From: the human T2T-CHM13v2.0 reference genome, Homo sapiens
Assembly: GCF_009914755.1 (NCBI RefSeq)
Contig: NC_060925.1
Length of the DNA: 64,000 nucleotides
Direction: 5' to 3' (one strand)
Positions 31,273-46,179 of the stretch are shown piece after piece. Position numbers and translations under genes: made by a program. The notes under the pieces are model-generated. The model searched no databases, was not told where the DNA came from, and was given only the letters and a program-made list of their open reading frames with translations. Numbering within the stretch: position 1 is the stretch's first letter; every line of letters starts with the position of its first letter.

Positions 31273-31599
31273 TAAAGTTGCCTCTGAATCATTTAGCTTA
31301 GTGACTGACAAAAAAATATGCTAGTGGTGTGAATAAAATAGTTAATAAGTTAGTATTTTTGGTAAAATGTGATACCTCTCATGTTTAGAAAAATTGCCAA
31401 AAATTATTCTCAAATAACAAATTACTTTTGTTAAGAATTACTTGAAAACAAAGACAATGGTAGAATTTGAATACTGCTTAATGTCCATACATATAAAAAT
31501 TACATCTAATTAGTCCAGATAGTTTAATGGATATTATCAGTTGTATATGTAGCCCATTATCAGGGCTGACGCTAGACCTAGGATCTTAAACACCACCCC

Positions 31600-31963
31600 A
31601 GATATGGTTTGGCTCTGTGTCCCCACCCAAATCTTATGTTGAATTGTAATCCCCATGTGTCAGGGGAGGGACCTGGTGGGAGGTGATTGGATCATGAGGA
31701 CAGGATTTCCCCATGCTATTCTTATAGTAGTAAGTGAGTTCTCACGAGATCTGATCATTTAAAAGTGTGGCACTTTCCCTCACTCTCTCTGTCTCTCTCC
31801 TGCTTTGCCATGGTAAGACATGCTTGCTTCTTCTTCCACCACAATTGTAAGTTTCCTGAGGCCTCCCCAGACTGTGGAACTGTGAGTCAATTAAACCTCT
31901 TTTCTTTATAAATTACCCAGTCTCAGGTAGTTCTTTATAGCAGTGTGAGAATGAACTACTACA
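31600..31963 (+). mobile_element. MSTA-like MaLR solo LTR
   Basis: gatatggtttggctctgtgtccccacccaaatc...ggtagttctttatagcagtgtgagaatgaactactaca; TSD ACCCC/ACCTC. Confidence 0.9.
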
Positions 31964-33400
31964 ACCTCACTTTCCATCACAAGGCCCTGTCAGACTAGCC
32001 CAGTCTTAGGTCTGTGTGCGTTGAGATGCCTTTCAGAGTTCATGGTTTATTCTGCCATGGATTTGACAGAAAAATGTATGAATTGCTTCCCCACATAAGC
32101 TCAACTTCAGACTTCAGTGTGAAAGGCTTCCATCTATCTGCCCCTTGGGGGGTTCTATGGTACTCTTTCCTTGAAAAACTCACTTTCACAGTTGCCCAGG
32201 ATCATAAGATGCTGGAAAATTAAAGATTTGATTTGAGACTGGCTGGGAAAAGGACTATCTTGCTGCTATTGTTTTTGATGCATTTGTCCTACAAATTTTT
32301 ATCTTTACCTCTTCAAGAAGATTACTTAACAGAAAACATATAAGCAGATATTATTGTATGGATTTTACTGGTGAAATGTGAAAAATGAGGAGTAGGTTGC
32401 TTATCCTCGTGTAAAAGTGAGCCATCCTCAGGTCTGGGAATCGTTCTACAGCCTTAACACACTTTCCCTTGCTGTTTGAGTTTCCATTACTGGGGCTTGA
32501 CTCATATAAGAAAGAGCTACTATTTCAAGTTTATGTTTGGACATATCACTTTTCTAAGAGAAGGTGGGAGAACAATGAACAAACTGTCTGTGGATGTTGT
32601 CGCTACTTATGAACAGTTTTGCTGAGGGCATTACAAGGTGCGAAGAACTGTCAGCTGAAAAAAGATCTATTGGTTCTCTGGCTTTCTAGCATCTGGGAAA
32701 GAACCGAGAGGCCAGTTGAAACCTCATACGATCCAAAATTATGTTGGATTATTCATGGTTAGCTCATTCCCCCTCCTTTTTTGAGTGGAGAACTCCTACA
32801 GGGGCCTTTCCCCACTCTCTCTCTACATTCAGCCTAATGGGTCATCTAAAACTCTCTTAGGGCACTTCCTCAAGAATTACACAAAGAAATATTATGCATG
32901 TAAAAATGCTAGAAGGGAACCATACAAATATCTGCATTCATTTTGTAACTTAAATATCCAGAGAAAGCCTCTTTATAGATTTGAGTCTTCAGGTAAGGCT
33001 GATTGTTGTCCTTACGGTTGATTAGTTAATCTGTTATAAAATAGTAAAAACAGGCAAAGTACAAGGAATTATTTAACAAGGCAGTCCTTTGGTACTTGTA
33101 GACTACTATCTTCTTCCTTGGAACTGCAGTATCTGTGCAATGAACTACAGGATAACAAAAGATCCTTAACAACAGAAATCCAGGGCTGTGAAGCACAGAC
33201 CTCAGGCCAGTTGTCTTTCTACTAATAATGAGAATAATATTATTAGTAGCCATCATTAACTACCAACTGATTTCTAAGTGCCAGCTGCTGTGCTAAACAA
33301 TTAAATACACATATTTATCTTGTTTTATACTTCTAAGAACCCTGTGAGCTTGTTCTATTATTACCACTTTACAGAAGTGGCAATTAAAACTCACAGAGGT

Positions 33401-33783
<383 letters not shown>

Positions 33784-34183
33784 TCAGAAAGTAAGGAAGT
33801 GGGATGACTCAAAAGCCTGTGTTTACTTCATCCTCTTTTATTCCTACTTCTCAAATCTGCAGATTACAAATCTTTCCCCAAAGCTACACGTTAGATGTGC
33901 TTCACAGCCAAGAAATAGACTTGGAAAGCCCAAATAACAGGTACAGTCATGATTACGTCAGTTTTAAAGTCAGCAAACATTTGAACTGAACAAGTAAGTA
34001 TGGATTGCATTCTAATCCCAAGCTCAGTAATATGTTAAACTCTAGATGAGAATAAGTGCTTGCAGTTGAAGAAGCTTGAGCTTCTCAGTCCTCTGCCGAA
34101 GAGCAAAGAATTCAGCCCCCTTACCATCTCCCACCACCCACAAGCATGTTTTCTGTCACCAAAGTCCTAAGCATTCATTTGGG

Positions 34184-34310
34184 TAGGGAGATTATGTGCT
34201 CCAGTTTGCCCTGGGTAGTAGTGGGTTATACCCATTGTTCTAGTGTATTCTTAATAAGCACCCACTAGCACTCTCAAAAGTGTCCTGGTTTGGACATTAA
34301 CTGGTAATGA
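34184..34310. mobile_element. MER81-like hAT-Blackjack MITE
   Basis: tagggagattatgtgctccagtttgccctggg...cactctcaaaagtgtcctggtttggac. Confidence 0.8.
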
Positions 34311-35183
34311 ACTTTCCCCATGCATTATCTTGTCCCTGGAAAACCGTTTGGGAAGGAGCATGAGAAAAATAAGAGAGAAACTAAAAAAGTTTCTTCAACA
34401 CATGGAGTCACTGGACAGTCTACACTCTGAATCCTCTTCCACCCCCTTGATATGTTATCCTGGGGGTTGGCTTTTTTAGCTGGTAAGTGTGTGGGCCACA
34501 GGAAATTGTGTACTTTTTGGCTTTCAAGCTCTGTTGGGGAGAGATATTTCTTAAGGTGAGGTCTTTTGATTACATGAATTTCAAGGCACAGTTTCTGATG
34601 AACCACTCAGGCCTCAAAATCAATGCCAAACCCCTTTCTGAATTGAAACTTTGGTAGCATCTGTGCTCTTAGAAACAAGCAAGCAACTAGACATTCCACC
34701 ACTTCTGCACAGCAGCTGACACCACAGCTGGGAGCACGCATCCTGCCTTGGCCTCCTGTGCTGGGCACTGGTGTCAGATGGAAACAGTTGTGGGGCTTTC
34801 TAGGCACCTTCCTCCTTCCCTTCCCCAGTTTTAAAACCCTGAGAGAGTCTGAAGGGAATGAACAACTTATTTGTCAATTTTAATGAGCACGGGATTTTCA
34901 TATATAAAAATGACCGAATGAATTAAAATTTAATTTAGTTTGTGAAATTCAAAAATAGCTGTGGTGCTACCGGAATGCCACCTTTACTGGAGGCTTTAGG
35001 TTGAAATATCAGGATTCTGTTTGCAGTCTGGGTGAATGTTTTGAACTGTAACTAAGTCACCTCTGTGACTGTCTTAATGTGTTTTCATAAAGCCTGGCAA
35101 AATTATATAAATAAAACATCTTCAGATTTTCATCTTTGCTCAGCTGTGTTGCAAAGGGGTCATTGGCCCCCACTGCAAGCGCT

Positions 35184-35930
35184 ATGGAAAAACACAGCTT
35201 AGCTGACAAATTAGTGGTATTTGGTGCTAATATTACTAATTCACCATTTGGAAGCGTTGCTCACTGGGAAAAAATAACATGTTCTATAAGACACAGGAGA
35301 AACTAGGGAGATAGTTAATGGGTGTTGGCTCCTCTGCACATCTCACTCACAATCCTCTTCAAACGGCTGCTGACTTCCTGCTAATAGACATGGAAGTAAT
35401 TGTCAACAAGATTTATTGTTACTTTCACATTTACACAGTGAGAGAGGAGAGGTTGAAAGAGTTCTGTGAAGTTCAGTACCGACTTCTACTGAACCATAGC
35501 AACGCACCCTGATTATCGCTAATGTGTGCTACAGAAAGGATTTTGCATCATTTGAGGCTTTAAAGTCATTCTTCTTGTCAGGAGCAAATTCCCCCACCGT
35601 CCTCAGTAATTTTTCCTAAGATCAATGAGCTGAGTGTCGGTTTGTTTTTTTCCACAGCGAAACGGTTGTTTTGCACGTGGTGAAGCAGAATTCTTCAGTG
35701 ACAGAACTAGGAGTCGGATTTAGAGTGTGACCAACTAATCCCAGCCTGTGGAACTAACAGAAAACCTAACTTCAGAAAGAGAAGGCAGCTATTACAGAGT
35801 TTTCAAAGGGAAAGGTTTTGCTTGCTAATTTAGAAAACATCAGTGAAGGAATGTACTTGGTTAGAGAATATTCAAGAGCTTCTATAGTAATAGATTTTTT
35901 TCCATTTCAGTTCTATTGTTGGGATACCTG
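35184..35930 (+). pseudogene. Fossil hAT-Blackjack-type transposase (catalytic and insertion domain)
   Basis: Stitched translation: MEKHSLADKLVVFGANITNSPFGSVAH/GKNNMFYKTQEKLGR*LMGVGSSAHLTHNPLQTAADFLLIDMEVIVNKIYCYFHIYTVREERLKEFCEVQYRLLLNHSNAP*LSLMCATERILH/FEALKSFFLSGANSPTVLSNF. This matches the DNTNxNFGG-GKNN, GCxAH, YTVR and RWLS motifs in the right order and spacing. Confidence 0.85.
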
Positions 35931-37207
35931 GTTTGTACAGATTTATGAAAGATTTTTTTTCTCTCTTCAAATGGCACCTAGATCTGCAGGAGTAAAATTA
36001 AGATGATGAGGTTGCAATCTTCTGCTATTTAGATACATTTTTCTAACAGTGAGGAACTGGTACGAGTGTCAAGAAATATTTTAGCAGACTGTAGGCTTCT
36101 CAAACCATGCATACAATTAAACCCACACACACCACTAAGGCACACAGAAGATTATCTCTTCCTTGAATTTCAGGACGGCATTTCCAGGCACAAGAAGCAC
36201 CTGTTGGTGGCATTTCTCCCTGTAATGAAGGCCATCTGGATAGGAGACAAAAGTAGGGCGTGAGGACTCTGGTAAGTGGAGAGAGAGCCCCTGGTACTGA
36301 CTGAAGCAGCAACTGCTCTGAGAACTCTTAACAACTGTGGGGAAACAAATACATTGGACAAGGAGTCATTTATCTAAGCAGTATTTACACAGGCAGCAGG
36401 AATCTGAAAAGGAATGGATTTAGATTATGAAATCTTTTTTGTTCCCTATGCAAAAAATAGGCATGATTCAGGAAATCTGAAACCTTGTGACATTCTTCCT
36501 TGTCACTTGAACATTTACCATGGTGATGGTTTTCATACCATCGAGCGCTTATCCCTTGATTATTTTTTAGCAAGGGAGGAGAATAGATAAAAAGAACCTA
36601 TAATTTTAAATGCCACCTTTCAAAATTTAGCTACAAGTGGGGCAGTAGCTGTGTTGACGAATAATGCTAGTCATGGTGGATGTCAGAGCAGAACATAGCA
36701 CTTGCTGTACTGAAATGACGAAGTGGCCCATTCAGCTTTGTATTTTGCATCTTAGAGTGGCACAAAGCATTTCCTGGAAGGCCATGGTGGCTTTGCATGG
36801 TATGAACCTTCAAGCAACATGGATATAAACCTCTTTGAGGATTAGTCATCAGAAATTCATGAGCGCTTTTGTCTTTTTTATACATGTTTTGCTTTCAGAC
36901 CTCAGTACTTTTACTAGAAGATAATCGTTAATTTATTTAACAAATATTTACTAAGTATCTACTCTGTGCCAAGTACATTGCTCTAGGCACTGAGGATCCA
37001 GCAGGGAGGAGAACCACACAGAACAGGAGATAAATATCTGCTCTCTCCTTAGGTTCATATTCCAAAGAAAAGATCATCATCGCAAAAATATTAAAATGAA
37101 TGGCAATAAGTGAGCCATGGGGAAAGTAAAACAAGAAAGGAAGTATTTGGGGTGTGTGGAGAGGAGGATTTCAGTCTCAAATTGGGTGGCCAGAGACAGC
37201 CTTATCA

Positions 37208-37852
<645 letters not shown>

Positions 37853-37951
37853 TTAAGAAAAGAAATGACTTGTTTGAAACAATTTGCTGGCTGTGTTGGG
37901 AAAACTTCATAGGCAGGCAAGACTGGAAGTAGAACAGCCAATTCATGTATG

Positions 37952-38110
37952 ACATTGCCTTTGGACTTTTAGCTGTACCATTGGCTCTCCTGGGTCTCCA
38001 ATTGCCAGCCCACTGCAAGGGCAGATTTTGGACTCCCTAGCTTCTATAATTGTACAAACCAATTCCTTATATGAAATCTCATATTTTTATATCAATAAAG
38101 TAGGTGTGTT

Positions 38111-38156
<46 letters not shown>

Positions 38157-38168
38157 ATCTATCTATCT
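37952..38168 (+). repeat. Local duplicate of 39186-39375 (MLT2 segment plus (TCTA)n)
   Basis: 37952-38105 aligns ungapped to 39186-39339 with 11 mismatches in 154 bp by hand count; both copies are followed by TCTA repeats. Confidence 0.93.
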
Positions 38169-38809
38169 GCTGCTACTGAAATAATGCAGGCAAGAGAGAA
38201 TACTGGTTCAGATTCAAATGTTAGCAGTGGAGGTGGTGAAAAGTGGTAGGATTATGAGAATATTTTAAAGGGAATGGGCCAAGGAGATTTGTTGATTTAT
38301 TGGATATGGAGTATGTATAGTGAATTGTCCTTAAATAATCCTTTTGCAGCTTCTAGGACTAGACACACAAACTTTTGCATTTGTTAGAGAAGCCCCAGTT
38401 CACCTCACCTACAGTTTTCTTGGTTTTTAAAACTTTGATCATATTTTTCACCAAGACTTTGCTAGACAGAAGACTGAATACTATTCTCATACAGTAACCT
38501 TCTGCCTGCTCTCCTCTTGACCTCCTCCAAGTTCATTAGGGTGACCTAATTTAGGTGAGTGCAGTGCTCCACATAAGTTATACTGTGTCTTGATGTGCAA
38601 ATCAATATGACATTTATCCAGAAAAATGTATTACTATTCCACCCTCCTTATTCCATGTTCCCTCTTCCCTGTAATGTCATGAACAAGGTATCTAAATATA
38701 ATATTGATGAGTCAATCCCAGTACTGAATGCACTTTATTTACTTACCTGGATAATGTGACTACTTCTGGTCAGCAGGATTCTTTCAATAATTCTGGTAAT
38801 GGTAATTTT

Positions 38810-39000
38810 AAATAATATTTAACAAGTCTTATTTGTAGCAAGGGACTATTTTGAGCACATTATACTTATTTTCTCATTTAATCTTCACAGCCATTCTCTG
38901 AAGTAGGCACTAATAAGGAACTGAGTTTTAGAGAAACTACCTGTCTTCCTTAAGGTCATATAACTAGTAAGTTTCAGCTGGGACCTACAACTAATTATTT
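38810..39000 (-). mobile_element. MIR SINE
   Basis: tctcatttaatcttcacagc...aaggtcatataactagtaag. Confidence 0.7.
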
Positions 39001-39005
39001 GGCAT

Positions 39006-39439
39006 CGTTGTTGTATACATTTTACGTGTCAACTTGGAGGCTTGTTTTCATGAGATTAACGTTTAAATCAGTGAACTCTGAGTAAGTACATTACCCTCCA
39101 TAATGTAGGTGAGCCTCATCTAATCAGTTGAAGGCCTGAATAGAACAAAAGACAGGCCTCTTGAAACAAGAAAGAATTCTTCAGCACATTGCCTTTGGGC
39201 TTTTATCTGTACCATTGACTCTCCTGGGTCTCCACTTGCCAGCCCACTGCAAGTGCAGATTTTGGACTCCCTAGCTTCTATAATTGTACAAACCAATTCC
39301 TTACACTAAATTTTATATTTTTATATTAATAAAGTAGGTATCTATCTATCCATCTATCTATCTATCTATCTTCTATCTAAATGCACACGTACTCAAACAT
39401 CCTATTGGTTCTGTTGTATGGAGACCCCTGACTAATACA
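39006..39439 (+). mobile_element. MLT2 (D-like) ERVL solo LTR
   Basis: attttacgtgtcaacttg...ttaccctccataatgtaggtgagcctcatctaatcagttgaaggcctgaatagaacaaaa...cctgactaataca. Confidence 0.88.
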
Positions 39440-40644
39440 TTTGGAGTTTAAAAAAAAAATCTTATTGAAGAAGACTTATCTTCTGAAGTGCAGTCATCAT
39501 TAGAAATTCAGTTTAAGGCTCTTTAAGACTAAAGGCATTTAATCGGTTACATCCTGAGATATAGAATTTCTGCTCACATAAGAACAATATCTGCCTCCTC
39601 TCCATCACTATTGTTTCTATGCTAATTTGGGTTCCAAATGACCAAGCTGTGACACTAGTGTTACACCATTTCAATCCTACCTAATAATAACCACCCTGCA
39701 TATCTCTACTGCATGAATTAAAAGCAACTCTTTCATTGTATCTTTCTGCTTAATGACCTATAATGGGTATGTTTTTTATTAAGTTGATAGAACACCTTAT
39801 AATAGTCTTTTTTTTGAGGAATAATGAAAGCACGGTTAATTCATCGTTCTGAAAGTGTTGCTTGGTGCTCCAACTTAGAAAACTCAAGGAACGATTTCTA
39901 ATTGCTATTGGATATAAAACTAAAAAAAATCTTTTTACAAAGTTTTTAGATGAGAAAACACTAAAACAAAACTAAACCTTACTTCCTGGAAACAAATGAA
40001 CCTTTCCTCAGCATCTAGGTGAAGTTTCCAGGATATTGTTGCATCCTGCCAACCATTTCTTTAAAAAAAAGTTGCTAGTCTAGATTTTCAAGGCAGATTC
40101 CTTTCGGAGGTGCCAATACTGGGTATTCTCAATAGAGATCAGCAGTGTGTATTGGAATAAAAATATTGGTAGAGAAACTAGGAGAAAACGGTAAGATTCT
40201 GTATTGTTTTAAAAAGATTACATTATAATTACTATTTTCTTTGTATAATTACAGAAGGATAAAAAAGACATTTTTCTTAATTCCAGGTTCAGTTCATTTA
40301 AAAAAGGTCAGTGAAATCAGTTAAACCTATGAGTAAATTAAACAACATTTACCAAATATATAATGAGTAAATGTAATTTACTAAAACAAAGTAAAACAAA
40401 TATCATAGTCTTGAGGTTGATAATATATAACCTTTCAGCTTAAGAAGTCAGAATTTCATAAGAAAATTGTCATATAAATGCACTAATTTGAATTTAATTT
40501 CATAATGGCAAGACATAGATTAAGTATAAAACTGATTAAAAAAAAGGACTTTGAACCCAAACTAGCTATTAATTATGGCCTTATGGTCTTGAGGTCTCAG
40601 ACTGGCATGCATTTATTCTACAGTCTTCCTTTTCTTTCTTATGT

Positions 40645-40751
40645 GTTTATTTTAAGACAGGGTCTCATTCTGTTACCTGGGCTTGAGTGCGATAGTGCAA
40701 TCATAGCTCGCTGCAGCCTTGAACTATTGGGCTGAAGCAATCCTTCCACCT
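40645..40751 (-). mobile_element. Alu monomer fragment (FLAM/AluJ-like)
   Basis: agacagggtctcattctgttacctggg...gcagccttgaac. Confidence 0.8.
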
Positions 40752-41015
40752 TTTATATCAGGCAGAGTAAGATGCAGAGGAGAAAGCAAGGAGTATGTAA
40801 ACAAATGACTTGGGTTTATTTCTTTGCTTTGTAATTTCTCCTTAACTTACTACATGTTTAACCTTTGTCCACTTAACCTGCCTGAGCCTTTTTTTTCATA
40901 TGTAAGGGCTGCTGGGATAATTAAATAAGATAATTTATGTTGTGATAAAGTAGCAGGCAAAATGCAAAGATTCAAGAATGATTTGGTCTGCAAAATTGTG
41001 GGCATTACTATAAAG

Positions 41016-41238
41016 CAAGCATCAGCAAACCACAGTCTGGGGGCCAAATTTGGCCCACTACCTGTTTGCAAATAAAGTTTTATTGACACACAGCCACACC
41101 CTTTAACTTATTTATTGTCTAAGGCCGTTGTCACACTGTAAAGGCAGAGTTGACTAGTTGTGGCAGAGGCAGCCGGCAAAGCCTAAAATATTTACTATTA
41201 ATATCAGACAGTTTACAGAAAGAGTTTGCTGATCCCTG
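41016..41238. mobile_element. MER58A hAT-Charlie MITE
   Basis: cagcaaac...gggccaaatttggccc...aataaagttttattg...gtttgctgatccctg. Confidence 0.88.
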
Positions 41239-41809
41239 CTAAAACCAGTATAAAGATCACCATTAAGTAGATAGTTGACATTCTCTTAACAAATCATTTG
41301 AAGATTCCATGGAGTTGGAAGCAAAAGATTGATATTTGAGAAAAATTCTGGTCCTGTGTCTATAAAACCTGCAGGGAGGTAAAGATAAAACAACAATCAG
41401 TAACAAACTAAGAACCCTTGCCACCCAATTCTATGGCAGACTACAACACCTATGTTGCTAGAGGCAAGGGAACTTGGAGCCCACTAAGTTCAGAACTTGG
41501 GGTTCAATTTGGCATCTCTAAAGTTCAAGTGGTTTAAAATGCAACAGTGTGGTTTCTTCCATAGTGATACATATTTGTCTTTTTGCCTGAACTGCATGGT
41601 GAGTATTAATTGAAGTGGTTTTCTGCAAAAATTTGTTCCTCAGGGAGGAAGAGAATACTTTCACAATCATTTCACTATGCTGAGATAAAAAAAAAAAAAT
41701 TAGCAGAGGAGCATAAAAGTCCATGACCCATTTCATTAGATTTAATCTGTTCTTTTTCTGTACCTCGGACAAAAAGATCGTTCTCCTTTTTCCCCTTAAT
41801 CTACCATAG

Positions 41810-42600
41810 CTACAGTACAGAATAGCAGTGAAGTGCACGGACTTTGCAGCTGATGCTCTTGGTTTCAAATCCTGCCTCTGTCACATACCAGCTGTGTGAC
41901 CTTGGGAAATCACTTAACCTCTCTCACCCTCAGTTCCCTTATTCATTAAGCAGGAATAATAATTGTACCTTCCTTGTATGGTTTGTTGAAAGGATTACAT
42001 CAGTTGATACATGTAAAGTGCTTTTAACAGCATTTGGCACATAGAAAGCACCAAAATGCAATTTGCTGTTATTATTATCATCATCACTACTATATTGCTT
42101 TCTTCAGAAGACATTTATTCCAGTGCTCAAGACATTTTGAGTCGTGTTTTAGGTAAGATATTGCTTATACTTTTAGTAAGAAAAAAATACACTTCTGTCA
42201 ATGGATATCGTTATTTCTCATTCAACTAAATGCATATCTATATAGCAGATTATTTGCCTAATACTATACTAGATTGTTGGCATTAAAAAGTGACATCATC
42301 CCTGCTCTCAGATAATTTACAGTCTAGAAGAAGAGGTAAAAATATACACATATGAAACAATTAGAAATGCGGTTGCATCATCCTCATTATCTCATCACTC
42401 AACTTCTATTTATTGATCACTTATTCTTGCCAGAGTCTATATTTTCTGTTTTACATACATTACCTTAGTGAATCTTTACACATTAATCTTGCAATAAAAT
42501 ATTCTTATTCATGTTTAACACATGAAACACATGAAGAAATGGCAGCTCAGAGAAGTTATATGACTTGCCCAAAGTCATATGTACAATAATACTGTGTCCC
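41810..42600. mobile_element. MIR (+ ~41810-42080), L2 tail (- ~42210-42340), MIR (- ~42400-42600)
   Basis: agctgtgtgaccttgggaaatcacttaacctctct; tgacttgcccaaagtca. Confidence 0.75.
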
Positions 42601-42879
42601 TGTAGCCACTAAAAAAATATGATTTCAAAAATTCTTTGTCTCTTTGCATAAGCTTATTCAAAGGTATATAGTCAGATTCAAAACAAGTGATGTGTGTTAC
42701 ATGCCTTAAAAGTTAAAAGTTAGAATGTGAAAAGTTAGAAAAAATTGTGGGGTAGACTTTGTGAAGTTTTCAATGACGATTTTTGGTGGTTATTTTAATT
42801 CAGAACTACTGCTTTTTGTGTTCAAAGATTTACTCTTGAAGATCAGACATACATGCATCTATTATATTAATTTTTTCAC

Positions 42880-44350
<1,471 letters not shown>

Positions 44351-44961
44351 CACAATAGATGTATTTTTAAAATAAATTGAAACATCATATCTTGGCATGT
44401 TGTGGGTACTTATTAAATACTAGCTAAAAATTAATGAATATATTTACGTTGAATTTACACTGTATTTTCAGAGTTGCCTTATTTTTATTTCTGACAGATA
44501 TTTAATTAGTTGTGTTCTTGCCACTCTACCTTGAATTATGTCTATTCCAACAGACTGTATAGCAAGTAGTGTTAAGTGAATACACACTTAAATGTCTGAG
44601 AACCCACTAGTCAAAGAACTCCAAAGTACACCCTTTTGAAAAATATTATTTTAATGTAAAAAACCAAACCAAAAAAACCCCTTGATTTATCTAATCTCTA
44701 GCTTCAGTGTTTTTAGTGTATTGTCTTTTCTTAAAATACATTTTATAGAATGTTAGAGATAAAATTCAGCAAACTTGCTATTAAAATGGGGAAAAATAAA
44801 AAGGCATATTTGTATGTGTGCTTAGGGGCATAATTTTCTCGGCTGTAAAAGATGTGTGTGGAGAGAAGATGTGGGATTTTAAGAGATCTACAGTCATTTT
44901 TGTAATTCTATTGAGAATTTTACATAAAATGGAGGCAAATATTGTCAATTGTTCCTTTAGT

Positions 44962-45148
44962 CCAATATTTTTCTAGGTGAGCTTTGAGACCTACCTGCAT
45001 GGGTATCACCTAGGACATCTATTAAAATGCAGCTTCCTGGGCCTCATTACAGACATATCAAATAAAAATGTCTGATGTTAGGCCCCAGAACATGTATTTT
45101 GAGCAAAGATGTCAGGATATTTTTACACACATTAAGATAAGAACCACT
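44962..45148. mobile_element. MER5-type hAT-Charlie MITE
   Basis: atcacctagg...ttaaaatgcagcttcctgggcc...aagaaccact. Confidence 0.75.
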
Positions 45149-45809
45149 TTTTCAGTCTTAAAGAAGCCCGAAAAATATTATCTAGGCTCCTTAAGTTTTT
45201 GAAAACTGACATTTAAGTTACATATTTACTAATATGAAATCTACAGAACACAAAAATATATATCCAGAACATCACAAGTCCTTCCCAATTAAAAATTTTA
45301 CACTTTAAAAATAGAATATAGGCTATCAATTGAACAATGAATAACCTAATTGAGATGGTGGTATAATAGTTAACATTTATCTCTGAAATTAAAAATATTA
45401 TCAAGTTGCAATTTGTGCCTCTTTACCAAGGCTGGCGTGAGGTTAGCGGGAGGAATGAGATGTTTAATTTAACAAGTGATAAGATTTGTAGTTTTAACTC
45501 CTATAAAAGCTGCTATGTTTTTCTAGAAGTTCATAGTCTTTAAATCAAACATATTTGAATTCTGCCCAATATTTTCATGATTACTATACAATATTTAAAA
45601 AATTAAAAATGATTGTGATGCTACCATTAAGACCGTAGGTCAGAGTCAGAATGTACTATTCTTTCCTATAAATCCTAACTTTGGTGGCTCAATTTTTTTC
45701 CACTAATACTTAGAATAATTTTTGGCAACCCCCCAAAATCAGGAGAAAATGATGATGTCATGTTTATGATGTAAATGTCTGTAGGTATTGAGTACTTATG
45801 TTGCATCAA

Positions 45810-46040
45810 TCTTTTTGCTTTACATGTTGCTATTTATGCATATTTCTCAGAGAAACCTCAAAATCAGCTTCAAGTTGGTATTATTACGAAGATTTTGCAG
45901 ATGAAGTTATTGGACTGGATTGCTATCTAGATAGGTTAAATAACTCATCTGTGTCACACAGATGGTTAGTGATAGGGCTGGGGAGTGAGCTCAGGAACAT
46001 CTGAGTTCATAGTCTGGGAGCTTAAAGAGTACCTTGCCAT
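45810..46040 (-). mobile_element. MIR SINE
   Basis: attttgcagatgaag...aggttaaataactcatctgtgtcacacag. Confidence 0.6.
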
Positions 46041-46179
46041 ATCTGACAACCCGGTCATAATTTGGTAACATGAGTAGTGGCATGAGATATTAATGAAGCA
46101 AAGTAAAATATCTATCTCCCTGTGTGCTTAATCCCTTTGTCTGCTATTTTTTTTTTTTTTTTTTTTTTTGCCTTCTTAA

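Noticed and set aside
38739-38752. TACTTACCTGG as a U1 snRNA pseudogene
   Set aside because: Match stops after 11 nt; no U1 stem-loops follow
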